A stretch of DNA of 64,000 bases. Origin: Macrostomum lignano. Lineage: Eukaryota. The notes under the pieces were generated by a model. It was not told where the DNA came from, made no database searches, and saw only the letters and a list, made by a program, of their open reading frames with translations. The position numbers were made by a program, and so were the translations under genes. Where the stretch lies: positions 1-64,000 of the forward strand of contig NIVC01000420.1 of the NCBI GenBank assembly GCA_002269645.1, read 5' to 3'. Shown here piece after piece: positions 1 through 11,356 of the stretch (positions are counted from its first letter, which is position 1; each line of letters starts with the position of its first letter).

Positions 1-226
1 ATTGGTGTAAAAAACACAGACTAAAAGTAAAATTTATCTGGCTTCTTTAAAATTCTTCAAAAGGAATCCCAGTAAAAGAATGTGAGCATGGTGTTGACAG
101 CTACTCTCGTTCGAGTGGAAACTGAGGACCGCTATAAGGTACAATTAAACTGTAATTTCTAAGGGTCCTTGGTGTAAACTTGAATTCACTAACACATCAA
201 AAATGATTTTGAGACCTAGCACTTAC

Positions 227-1538
227 CTCGCTTCTTCTTTCCGTCCTTTTTCTCGACAACCGCAATTTCGAACACGTTGTTTGTGTGAAGCATCACCTGT
301 TAGCATGTAAAACAATGACGACAATAAAAGCAAGGTAATATACAGATCGGTAAACTGTGCAATTAAATTTTCTTGCAGTGCCACCGGGAAAATTATGGGG
401 AGAAAATGCAGTTCCGAGAAATTTGAGGACATAATGAAACGGATTGAGAAACCTTATACGAGAGTAAAAGAGCTGAAAAGAGCAGTCTATATGCATTTGT
501 AACTGCACACCAAAGTCCACCACTGAAGGAGAGCGAACCAGTTACTTAGTCTAATGGACAGACAGAGCAAGTGAGTAGTAATTCGAAGCAGAAAAATGAA
601 ATTTGTTTGTTTAATTCTGGCTGAAGGCAAATGAAGCGGATTAGTATTCTAATAGGATTCGCGTCTATCATACTGTTTGCGGAGCTTCGAGCTAAAAAGA
701 TGACGGACAAAGCTTCGGTTAACTTGGTATGGCTTTATCAGCATCATCTAGATAGGTGCCGATGTACACTTGAGCTTACAGCGTCCCACGTAAACTCGAT
801 GAGCGGTCGCACTAGCACGAAAACTTCGTGCATCAGAGAGCCCTGGATGCCCGGCACTGCCTGCTGGGTGGCCCGGCCGCATTTGACCACCTTGAGGCCG
901 CGGTTGAAGACAATGTTGAACGGGAACACTTCGAAAAACACTTCAGACGGCACCGGCATGTGATCGTCGCGCGCCTCGTAGCTTTTATTATCAAAGTGCA
1001 ATCGCATCACATAGTTCCACACGCTTTCTTCGTTGGTCTCATTGACCATCTCAACAGTCATCTTAGTGTTGAAGTACACCTTGGCGATCTCAGTGATCAT
1101 GCCCTGCACGTAGCTGATGAAACCGACTCGACGGCTTCGGTACTGCAAGGTGATGCCGGTCCGGCTCTCGTTCACGCAGAAAAATGATGGCGGCTTCAGT
1201 TTGGGATAAGTGAAGCGTAGGTACTCGTGAAGATTGTCCAGGCCGTTTAGAAAATCGCGCAAATCCCGGCCAAGCACCTTAAGAACAGCGTCATAGTTGT
1301 ACTGGCTGAGGAAGTTCATGAAGTAGCGCCCGTTCTCATTCATGAGCTCGTCGAGAGGTATGTTGACTACTTTCGATGCGGACTCCGCCAAGCGGGTAAT
1401 CGTGCCCTCAGTGTACACCTCGTGCGGATCGAAGCTCAACTCCTCGACCTCGGCCATCTTGAGGATGCGCTCCCACATGTCCTCACCGTAGCGAACAAGA
1501 ACCATGGACCTGAAGCCTTCTATCAATAAGCCGTACAT
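227..1538 (-). CDS. Soluble guanylate cyclase beta-type subunit (H-NOX + start of HNOBA), atypical class; 5' part only, gene continues past window start
   Basis: MYGLLIEG start (ATG 1538), H-NOX motifs LDNLHEYL (haem His) and YRSRR (YxSxR). Exon 1538-780 ends at GTAAGC donor, phase 0. Exon 296-227 (VMLHTNNVFEI) has a CAG acceptor and GTAAGT donor. Confidence 0.92.
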
Positions 1539-1702
1539 GCTTGAGATTTTCAACTTTCAATCACTCGTTAGAGAAACAAACTGTCGGTAAAGACGCCCCC
1601 GAAAAACAAGTTTTGAGATGAGGAGTGCTAGTTTCTTTCTCTTGCAACTAGACTTTTATAGTTTCTGCTCTGGGGGGGGGGTGCAAAAGAATTCGATCCA
1701 GT

Positions 1703-1717
1703 GTCTCCCATGGCAAC
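1703..1717. promoter_or_regulatory. Candidate RFX X-box upstream of the guanylate cyclase
   Basis: GTCTCCCATGGCAAC about 165 bp upstream of the ATG; close to X-box consensus GTTGCCATGGCAAC. Confidence 0.5.
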
Positions 1718-2299
1718 CGCGGCATGCACCAACCAGTTCTCATCAGTGGTGTTGAAGTCTCTGCAGCAATGGGACTTAGGAATTAATTGGCGGCATTGAA
1801 ATGAATGGCGGCAGTCGGTAACGCGGCTTGAAGCTAATTACAACAGAGCCCCACGAACGTCCCCAAACTAAACTAACTACAGGATATGATTCGCTTTTTA
1901 ATGAGACTGAGCTATGTAAGTTTGGGGATGTTTTGGGGAGTATTTTGACAGCCGTCCATGCGTTTCAAAGCATGGGTTTGATTCGGTAGCCCAGTGCTCA
2001 TTAGAAAGTCACTTTGTGGGTATGAAAAAAACGCAAAAAATCATCATTCATCTCCTTTTTTGCTTCCATTTGGTCGAGTCCTGCAATCTGGTTGCACAAT
2101 GCCTTTCCAACTCCTGCTCACTTGCATAAAGTACTTTGCTAGCACGCTCCAGTTTATCTCTGTTCAAAACAACATGCAGCAGTCTACGGTACAGGCGTAA
2201 TTTCAACGCTGCAACTTCCCTATTGATTGGCGCAGGTGCTTGAATGTCTGGCTAAGGATATGAATCAAAGAGAGTCAATAAAGAAAGCTTTTATTTGAC

Positions 2300-3560
2300 A
2301 AAGTCATGTTAGAGATGGGGCTGGGAATTGAGCCTTGGGCCACAATTGAAAGAGTCGTGGAAAAGGAGTTGATGCCTTGCGGAAAGTCTGAAAAAGCAGA
2401 AAGAGTATCGCTCTCAAAGAAATGCATTTAGAAGAAGATAAGATAGAAAGGGCAATATAGTGAATAGGGTGTAAGTAGAATAGGTGAAAATGGAAAACCA
2501 ATTATGGATCAAAGAGACGTTCAAGGACACTTAGAAGCAGCTGAGTTGATTGCTTTTCTGAGCTAATCAGCGCAGTTCAAGGAGTAGAAGGAAATGAGAT
2601 TCAAGATGTCTGGCTTCTGTAGGGCGTTGCAAAGTTCTTGACAAGGAAAATATGGCTACTTGGAATGAGCGAATGAGCGACAGTACAAAGGCCCTCATTG
2701 TAGCGTCAGGCTGGCAGTGAACTGATGATGCCAGGGTTCCGACAGCTTTCTGTATCGGTAAATACAGGGACAGGAATAATCTGGAAGAGAAACACAGTGT
2801 AGCACAGTGTTTGCGGCTGTCAACGTATCCGATGACGATGTTTGAGGCTGCGTGACTATCAGGCTGGAGTAAATGAAATGCGCACAGCTGATTCTGGGGG
2901 AGAGTTGTCAAATCGCAGCTGGAGGTCGGCTTGTCCTTTCGTTATTGAGTTCATATTCGTGTGCTTCAGTTTGACTGAGGCGCCCTCCAGAATGGACTAG
3001 AGAGCTATTGGGGTAATAGAGTGGCTGGTTTATGAATTGGCTCAAGATATTCTTCTCTCTTTATTTTGCTGTCTCTGGTCTGACGGTGTTTTGTGTGCAC
3101 AGCAGTGGGCAACGGGGCGTCTCAGGGTGTGACAATGCACCCTGCCGAGAGGCGGGGTGGACAGTAGAGTGAAGGAGAGGAAGAGGGCGCTGGATGGCTC
3201 TTGAGGGGTGGTGGCACAGTGGACGGCACACACAGTCAGACCGTTCCAGTCTTCTAGACAGGGGGGGGGGTTGCGGCGACAGGAGGTTGGTGCGGTTGCT
3301 GGCGGGGTAAGCAGACAGCCAAGCTATCAAATTGCCGAAGAGAAAAAAGCAAAGCTTATTATTGTAACTCTTACTGAATAAGAGGGAAAGAAAAGGACTA
3401 GAGATCTCGGTAAGAGAGCGGTAGAGGAGCGAGGGCTTTTCTGTTGCCAAGGCTGCAACTTTGAGTGATATAGCGCTTATGAACTGAAAGCTGCTTTGAG
3501 AAAGAGAATCTCGAAGAAGTATTGACTTTGGCACGTTAATCCTACCGCCCGGAGAACAAC
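2300..3560 (-). mobile_element. Possible highly degraded non-LTR retrotransposon (endonuclease-like) remnant
   Basis: Broken minus-strand frames with LYRS...CFFLFGNL and RQGAL segments weakly recall APE-type endonucleases; no clear RT motif found. Confidence 0.2.
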
Positions 3561-3566
3561 AGCAAT

Positions 3567-4121
3567 ATGGATAAGGCAAGTGTACACTCTGAAGAGGACA
3601 CTCTTGCGCCTATGCAGACTGTTCAACCACCGCGTGGACCAGCTGGTGGTGCCAGGCGCGGCACGTTGATGGGCCCGAGAAAGTCCATCGCGGTGGGCCT
3701 GCTTGGCCGCTCCTCCGTGTGGACGCTCGGTCGCAAGAGTAAAGCGCAGGACGTGAAACTGGAGAACACTTACCGGATGCAGCCTAAGGATGAAGAACGC
3801 CTGATGTCCTACCGTCTTCGCCCGACTATACAGGAAGCCCTGGAGGAATGCCTGGCAAGCTACAGCTACAGCGAGGCTACTGCTGGCAAGAAGGTTTGCG
3901 AGGTCGCCCAGATCATCCGTGACCGGGTCAAGGACGCCGGCTTCTTGCGCTACAAGCTGGTGGTGCAGGTCCAGCTACTACAGCGCCGCCCAGACCTGTC
4001 AATCACCGTCGGCAGCCGGGCTGTCTGGTCGGCGGAAGTCGGCGACACCTGTCTGGAGGTGAAGTACAACACGAAATCAGTGCGAGCGTTGGCCACTGTG
4101 CACGCGTTTTACTTTGAGTAA
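3567..4121 (+). CDS. Tctex-1 domain dynein light chain (TCTEX1D-like), single exon
   Basis: ENTYRMQP, CEVAQIIRDRVK, RYKLVVQV, SRAVWSAEVGD and C-terminal ATVHAFYFE match the Tctex-1 family. Confidence 0.9.
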   Translation: MDKASVHSEEDTLAPMQTVQPPRGPAGGARRGTLMGPRKSIAVGLLGRSSVWTLGRKSKAQDVKLENTYRMQPKDEERLMSYRLRPTIQEALEECLASYSYSEATAGKKVCEVAQIIRDRVKDAGFLRYKLVVQVQLLQRRPDLSITVGSRAVWSAEVGDTCLEVKYNTKSVRALATVHAFYFE

Positions 4122-4907
4122 GAGAGTATCGCTGAGCCGCTTACTTTAACATTGTCTCTTTGCCATAAGTTGGACAGTCCTATCGCCTACGAAAATGAGC
4201 TATCCGCGTTTTAAGTTTCACTGCCCGATTTAAAGTTATTTAGATCCCTTTTTTACAAATTTTCTGTATTGCTTCTGCTGTCCTTGGGCACGGTTAAACT
4301 TATTAATAATATACAAGCTCTGCGCGTAATAGACTGATATAGAGGTAATATATGTGCCACGTTTGTATTTCACAGAGACCGCCTATTTTGTTACGCGCTT
4401 AAAATTATCGAGTTACGACTTATCTGATTTATTTTAGGTTCGATGACATTTTTCCGACAGTAAAGCCGCTTTTCTCGTGCATTGTGCTCCCAGTTAGCTC
4501 TCTTGAGTCTATTGTATCCTGCAGCAAGCAAAATAACAAGCAATAACGATAGAATTGTAAGCATATTTTGCTCAGTCCTTATTTTTTTGTGACATTTTTG
4601 AGTACGCTAGCGATTGGAGCATGAATGCTGGGATTAAATCTACAAAATTTTTGTGTATTAATATGGCAGAGAATTTTCTCTAACTATATAGTGAATTGGT
4701 ACGGCTATGATACATTAAAAATGGGAGAGCATTTTAAAAAGAGATTAGCAGCGGCGCTGTTAAAGGAATATCAATAGAACAATGCGAATGCAGATGAAAA
4801 TACGAGCTTAGAAGTCAGAGATACGAGTATTCAACATTACTAACTATTATTATACAAGAGCAATCAGGTGAAACATCAATTTTCCTGTTGGCTATTGCAA
4901 ATATTCA

Positions 4908-7397
4908 TTAGTCGCTGGATGAATCATCTGAGCTGAGCAGAAATCTCGACTGGCCGGTCTCAGACGCGTCGCTGGGTCGGCGGGAGACAAAGTGTCGCCG
5001 ACGATTGTTCAAGTCTTCTGATCGCTGCCTCGCATGCGAGTCATAAATCAGCCAGTCGCGCTCGTTCAGACGCGACATGTCGCTCAACGCGGCGCACACA
5101 GCATCGTGGTTGGTGAGGAAGATTGCGCGCTTGTCAATGCGGCTGATGCCGGCGTTGCTCAGCATGGCTCGGATTGCGAATCGGCAATTGCATAGGTAGA
5201 CAGCGATGCCGGCCTCTTGAAAGTCTCCCACGATTCTATTAAATGTTGCCCAACCTGCAGAATCGATGAAGCTACAGCAGGACATGTCAATAATTACGTG
5301 ATGCACATCTGACGTCTCTGGCATTGGAGCAAAGTGATTTTCGGTTGAAGGTGCTACGGAGATGGTTGCGTCACTCTCAGCGCCGGTTTCAGCAGCAGCT
5401 GCGACGGCTGCTGCATTTTGGCGTCTACCATTTGGGACGATTGATAGGAATCGCTTAAGACTGCGCAATCGTCTTTCGTACCGGCGCTTCTGCAAAATCA
5501 GCTTCCTTGGATTAACCGTCATGCTGTACAGGCAAGATTGAAAATGGTCTGCTGATGAGAAAAATAGGGGTCCTTCGCAACGGAACATCTTTATACCATC
5601 AATCTCCTTGGCGTTTGGAGTTAATGCAATGTTTTTGTAGATGTCCGTATGCTCGATTCGCCCAAGGACGCAACAGTAGGGCCACTGGAAACGAAATATC
5701 ACCGTGATGAGGGAGAAACCAATTCCAATCATAACACCCGTGTTGGCATCGGTGAAAATGACAGCAAAAAAAGCGACCAGCCACAGAGAAGCATCTATTC
5801 TGCTGGTGCGCCAAAGAGCTGGCAGGTCTTTTAACTGCCAAAGAACCGAGCGCAAGTTCACCACAATGATCGCTGACAGAATACACGTCGGAGTGCTTTC
5901 AAACAGTGTTCCAAGGAAAAGCAATGTGATCAGCACGAGACCGGATGCGATCAGATTAGCCACCTGCGTGCGACCGCCAATCGATTCGTGCAGATTAGAG
6001 CAGGTCATTGAGCTTGTGGACACGAAGCAACCGGTAAAAGATCCGAGTATGTTAGCAGCTCCGTAAGCCAGAAACTCCTGATTCGCGTCGATATCATTGT
6101 CATACTTCAGTGAGAATTTTTTAGCCAATGAAACCGTAATGACAAATGACACAATGGCAATAATTAATATGTCTCGCAACAGAATGGAGTCCATGCTGAC
6201 TGGAGGTGGGGACTCAGCAGGCGGTAGGCCAGTCGGTATGCGGCCAACCATTTCAACGCCAAGTTGTTGAAATCCGGTCAGTCCTGATATCAGAGTAGCC
6301 ATCAGGACAACAATGAGCTCTGTTGGTACCGTGGCCTTCCAGCGGCGCTTTACAAACCGATTGAGCCGCTTAAGACCAGCCATACTGACCATGGCAACCA
6401 ATGATATAATTAGAGTGTAGGTATTTGCTCTAGGTAGACTGACAATTGCGAAATATATCAGCTTAAAGTTTTCCATCACGCCTACTGGTGGTGTGTCCTC
6501 AGGAATTCGCACTTCGCAGCCCAGAAGAGCGGAGATCTGGCTTAAAATTATCTCGATCGCGGTAGCCGTCGTGAATCCATTGACCAATGGGTCGCTGAGG
6601 TAGTTGGTGAGCATGCCAAGCCGCATCACGCTGAAAATCAGTTGGAATATTCCAACCAGAAGGCTTATCATCAAAACTACACCAAGCAGCTGTTCTTTGA
6701 TAGCAGCGTCTGCCGAAGTTCCATTGACGCCTGTCGTGTGGGTCAGGTTGTGCAGCCTCACGTTGTGTATTCGCTCCAAGTATTCCTTAGCAACCTGGCC
6801 AACTAACAACGAGACAACGCCCTGACAAGTAACTACCAGGTGAGGTGAGGTGCCCAGGACGCAGTAAACTAGCGAGGCCACAAGGGCAGTGTAGAGGCCG
6901 TGCACAGGAGTGACAAGAGCAAGTAGCGCGTATGCCATACTCTGCGGAATGCGCATCACCCCTGTGGACAACCCCGATAGCAAGTCATGCGGGAAATACT
7001 CGCGCCACCGATAGTGATGCAGGGTGACAATTATTGGCAGGTACTGGCAGGTGAGGTCAATACATGTCCGCGCAGGTCTTGGCGGAATATACACTGTGTC
7101 GATAAAATGCTCTCTCAGAGCAGCTTCTTCGATTTCCTCTGTGTAGATACTCTCGAACTGGTGCTGCGAGTAGACCGGCCGTTTGATGCGCACAATTTCG
7201 TCCATGTTGTGACCCATCATCGAAGTTGTTGCCGACCGAATGTCATCACCTTCAACGCCGAGGAAGCCGTCGGCAGCTGGAGTTGGTAGGATCGGTGAAG
7301 CCAGTGGAATTGTTGTCGATTCCGATGGCTCCTCTTCCGGCACCAGCGGATGATGGCGACCGACAATTCCGGCGTACGTCTTACGACGTCTTTTCAT
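4908..7397 (-). CDS. SLC26/SulP anion transporter with STAS domain (prestin/pendrin-like), single exon
   Basis: 829-aa ORF with DLLSGLSTGVMRIPQSMAYALL, LYTA, NQEFLAYG, GGRTQVA and STAS motifs (FRCEGPLFF, IIDMSCCSFIDSAG). Confidence 0.95.
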   Translation of the reverse strand: MKRRRKTYAGIVGRHHPLVPEEEPSESTTIPLASPILPTPAADGFLGVEGDDIRSATTSMMGHNMDEIVRIKRPVYSQHQFESIYTEEIEEAALREHFIDTVYIPPRPARTCIDLTCQYLPIIVTLHHYRWREYFPHDLLSGLSTGVMRIPQSMAYALLALVTPVHGLYTALVASLVYCVLGTSPHLVVTCQGVVSLLVGQVAKEYLERIHNVRLHNLTHTTGVNGTSADAAIKEQLLGVVLMISLLVGIFQLIFSVMRLGMLTNYLSDPLVNGFTTATAIEIILSQISALLGCEVRIPEDTPPVGVMENFKLIYFAIVSLPRANTYTLIISLVAMVSMAGLKRLNRFVKRRWKATVPTELIVVLMATLISGLTGFQQLGVEMVGRIPTGLPPAESPPPVSMDSILLRDILIIAIVSFVITVSLAKKFSLKYDNDIDANQEFLAYGAANILGSFTGCFVSTSSMTCSNLHESIGGRTQVANLIASGLVLITLLFLGTLFESTPTCILSAIIVVNLRSVLWQLKDLPALWRTSRIDASLWLVAFFAVIFTDANTGVMIGIGFSLITVIFRFQWPYCCVLGRIEHTDIYKNIALTPNAKEIDGIKMFRCEGPLFFSSADHFQSCLYSMTVNPRKLILQKRRYERRLRSLKRFLSIVPNGRRQNAAAVAAAAETGAESDATISVAPSTENHFAPMPETSDVHHVIIDMSCCSFIDSAGWATFNRIVGDFQEAGIAVYLCNCRFAIRAMLSNAGISRIDKRAIFLTNHDAVCAALSDMSRLNERDWLIYDSHARQRSEDLNNRRRHFVSRRPSDASETGQSRFLLSSDDSSSD

Positions 7398-10300
7398 GCT
7401 GAAAGCTGCGTTGCGCAGAAGTTTTCAAATTGTGTCTGAGTTCTCTTCTGGGAGCACTGTACGTGTTCAGCTCTTTATCTATTCAATTTTTGCTCTCTTG
7501 TGCTCGCTCTCTTTAGTGAATTTTAACCGTCCTGCTCTCTTAAATCGTCTCTAACTCTTCTAACACTTCTGAGTCACTTTGAACAAATTTGACTTGAATG
7601 TTGCCAGCGGTCCTGCTCTGGAAATTTTCTGTAATGTGCCTGCCACTGCAAGGTGCTAGTCTTGTACATTCACGCTGCTATCAGATAGCTCGCAATGCTC
7701 GCTTTCTAAGTAAGCAAGATATTTCCAATGGACACCCAAGCCTCTGTTTTTATCTCACTATCAGAGCTAGCAGATGCAACCAAGTCAAAGCCACCTTATT
7801 CTACACATGCTTTTCACTACTTGGCTCGACGTGCTACAAACTTAAATGGAGGCGTTCTGCCTATATGCATGTTGCTGAAAGACATACATGTAGCTGTAGC
7901 ATTATTAGTTCACAGTCTGAAGAAGGTACTAGTAATTTAGGGCTATTGTCACGTCTTGACCACAAATTGGGAGTTTCTAAGAAATCTTATCATGGTTTGC
8001 ATATAAAAATTTGCGAGCAAGGCTGGGGCTTGGAATGCTCCAATTACGAGCTATTAAATACGGCATCAGAAACCGCAACACATGCCCCCCTCGTCTCTCA
8101 TTAACTCAATAGAAATTCCACTAAATGAGACATTGTGTTAATCTTGCATGCACTTGTAATTGCAACGATATTCTTGAGCTGATAAGAATTATTCATGCGG
8201 TTATGCTTTTTTATAGCCTTTTAGCATTTCTATGCATGTGGTCGTGCAAAAAAACTTATCAAATATATATGTGCGTGCATACGGCACTAATCCCGCGAAA
8301 AGTACCTTTGCAGAAAATTATACATCAATGCACACTAATCAAGAAATAATGGATAATGGATAACGAATAATAATGGAGGCGAGCAAAGGGTTCCAAAGTT
8401 TCAGATTCACAATATATTTTCTAGAAGTGCAGGCGCAGCTGGAATCCGTTGAAAACCCGTTGTGCTGTGAGGCAGCGTATGGAGACGCGAGAATTAAGCG
8501 ATTGTAGGCATAAAACAATTGCAGGTAATCGTTTTTAAATCCCAGTCGTAATTTAATAATTGAACTAGAATGCTTACAGCAACGCACACCCAACCCAGCC
8601 TTCTAGGCCAGAATGGGGCAGACAGTAAAACCTCCCAGCCAATCAGAACGCGTGAACCCTAAGCGTGCCAGCTGCATGCAAAGCAAAGAGAAAGACCACC
8701 CAAAAATTTGCTGACAGAAAAATTTAATAGGTGACAGTGAACAAAATAAAATGTGTGATATTACTTTCGGGCATTCAATTCTTTATTATCCGACTTCATT
8801 CGAAGAAAAATTTAGTTTATACCATATTCAATATGTTTATTATTTGAAAATACAAAAACAAAAGCCAGGGTGCAAAAACTTGTTTGAAATGTAAAGTTTA
8901 AAGACGCTTGGGTTTTGGGTTCAGCTGTAAAAGAACCGTCAACATCTTTGATAGCAGAGCAAGCACGAGTCGTCTGAACCTATAGCAAATTTAGAATTTT
9001 ACTAATTTAATTAACAAAGAACATCAAAAATAGGTCTAAAGTGTTTTATAGCACATTTTATCTGGTTTTTGTGCATATTATTTACTCTAATTTTGTTATA
9101 CTAATTTTTTGTTTACAACGCAGAATTCGATATCGAAACATTGTCTGCATTTTCATTTTCTTTGGGCTTTACTACATGCTGCGCCGTAGCGCCAGTTTTG
9201 TGTCCTTGTCTTGTCTCTCTTTTTATTAATCATTCTTAATTTCTAAGTTAATTGTTTTGTTTTAAATTTGCTTGGGTTAAATATAAAATTAAAGCGTTTA
9301 GTCTCTTATTAAGATCATTTTATGCTAAACGCCCAGAGACAACCGTTTTTAATCAAATCAGATCCGAAGTAGCTCTTAATAAAAATAGATGCTGAGTATT
9401 ACATATATTCTGTTATAGGGTAGGGCTTTAAAAAGAATGGTATGTTTTTGTTAAGCTTTTGCTTTTTAGATTTGTATTTATTTATATATACTTTTAGTCG
9501 TTTTACTCGTAGACACATATATTGTGTGTTGTAGTGAACCTCATGCTTGCTAGTTGTTACTATCTAGAATTTTTTATGGTTTTATGGTTAATATTTTGGT
9601 AAAGCTTATACTCCTAGATTTTACCTGTTTTCAAAATTTCAAGTTTCAAGTTTCAAGTTTCAAGTTTTGAATAGAATTTTAAGCAGTATTGATAACTTAA
9701 AAAAATTAATGCCACTATTTATGCATAGAATTATTTGTTATTCAATATTGGCTTTGTATTCATTTTTTTTTATCTTTTTGTTTCAGTCAAAAGTTAAGGT
9801 TTATACTGTAGTTAATAGTTAGAAATTCTAAAATGATTTAACAAATTAAATTAAATGTTTGTGCTGCTTTGCTTGCTTTCTTGCAAAATGTGATTTATTA
9901 AGTGTATTGAGTACCAAGCCTGGATTCATTTTGTAAATTGATAGACCAAAATTTATCATCTGTTTAATTTTCAATCACCAAAAGTCTTTCAGTTTTGCCT
10001 TCTAGATATTATAGATTTGTCAATGAATAACAATTCATTGTGTTTCTGATGACAGTAGATTGACACTGTGCATATTAAATTTGGATATTCAAGGTGCTGC
10101 TCTATTTACAATATCGATCGTTTTATTAAGGTATTACTAATACAGGCGCTGCTGTTGGCATCCTGGTTGAATGACCCATGCAGTGTACGTTCTCTGTACT
10201 GTTTTTTAAATCTTCGCTCCAGCTGATAAGCAAACCAAATTGACGTTTTCGGGTGGCTGGCAAAGCCTCCACAGATAAGAAATTCGCTCCAGAATGAGGC

Positions 10301-10576
10301 CATAGCAACTGAGCAAACAGTGTTAAGGGTCCGCGGGAGAGAAAACTGATCCGCTAATCTTTACTTCTAGACAGGGCGTGCTTCACTTGACGCGAGCCAG
10401 GCGGTATCTGGCCTGGCTGTGGCGCTGCAATTTTTTCATGCTGTCTAGCGCAAAAAAATCTCTTTTAAACTCGCTGAACTGCGGGTGCAAGTGATTGGTG
10501 GCTAATGCGGTTGAACTCTTAAATGAACCCATTTTTAGGCTATGAGACACTGCTGCGCCTTTGGGTTTGGTAGAGA

Positions 10577-11270
10577 GTCCTCTCCTCTCATCTCCTCTCC
10601 TCTCCTCTCATCTCCTCTCCTCTCCTCTACTCTCCTCTCCTCTCATCTCCTCTCCTCTCCTCTCTTCTCCTCTCTTCTCCTCTCCTCTCCTCTCTTCTCC
10701 TCTCTTCTCCTCTCCTCTCATCTCCTCTCATCTCCTCTCCTCTCCTCTCCTCTCCTCTCCTCTCATCTCCTCTCCTCTCCTCTCCTCTCCTCTCCTCTCC
10801 TCTCCTCTCCTCTCCTCTCATCTCCTCTCCTCTCCTCTCCTCTCCTCTCCTCTCTTCTCCTCTCCTCTCCTCTCTTCTCCTCTTATCTCCTCTCATCTCC
10901 TCTCCTCTCATCTCCTCTCCTCTCATCTCCTCTCCTCTCCTCTCATCTCCTCTCCTCTCATCTCCTCTCCTCTCCTCTCATCTCCTCTCATCTCCTCTCC
11001 TCTCCTCTCCTCTCCTCTCTTCTCCTCTCTTCTCCTCTCCTCTCCTCTCCTCTCCTCCCCTCTCCTCTCCTCTCCTCTCCTCTCCTCTCCTCTCCTCTCC
11101 TCTCATCTCCTCTCCTCTCCTCTCTTCTCTTCTCCTCTCCTCTCCTCTCCTCTCCTCTCCTCTCCTCTCTTCTCCTCTCCTCTCCTCTCCTCTCATCTCC
11201 TCTCTTCTCCTCTCCTCTCCTCTCCTCTCATCTCCTCTCTTCTCCTCTCCTCTCCTCTCCTCTCCTCTCC
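10577..11270. repeat. (TCTCC)n pentanucleotide microsatellite, about 700 bp
   Basis: Directly visible; ends just before a CAG acceptor at 11279-11281. Confidence 0.98.
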
Positions 11271-11356
11271 TTTCCAAACAGTGTTCTGCCCAACACCCCG
11301 TTCTGTCAAAGCGGTTTCTGATATCCTGAGTAATCGTCGCAATTTTCAGCGCGATC

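Noticed and set aside
2280-2310. KAF-DKV-like motif suggesting reverse transcriptase on the + strand
   Set aside because: Needs an indel, is opposite to the putative endonuclease remnant, and has no supporting RT motifs.
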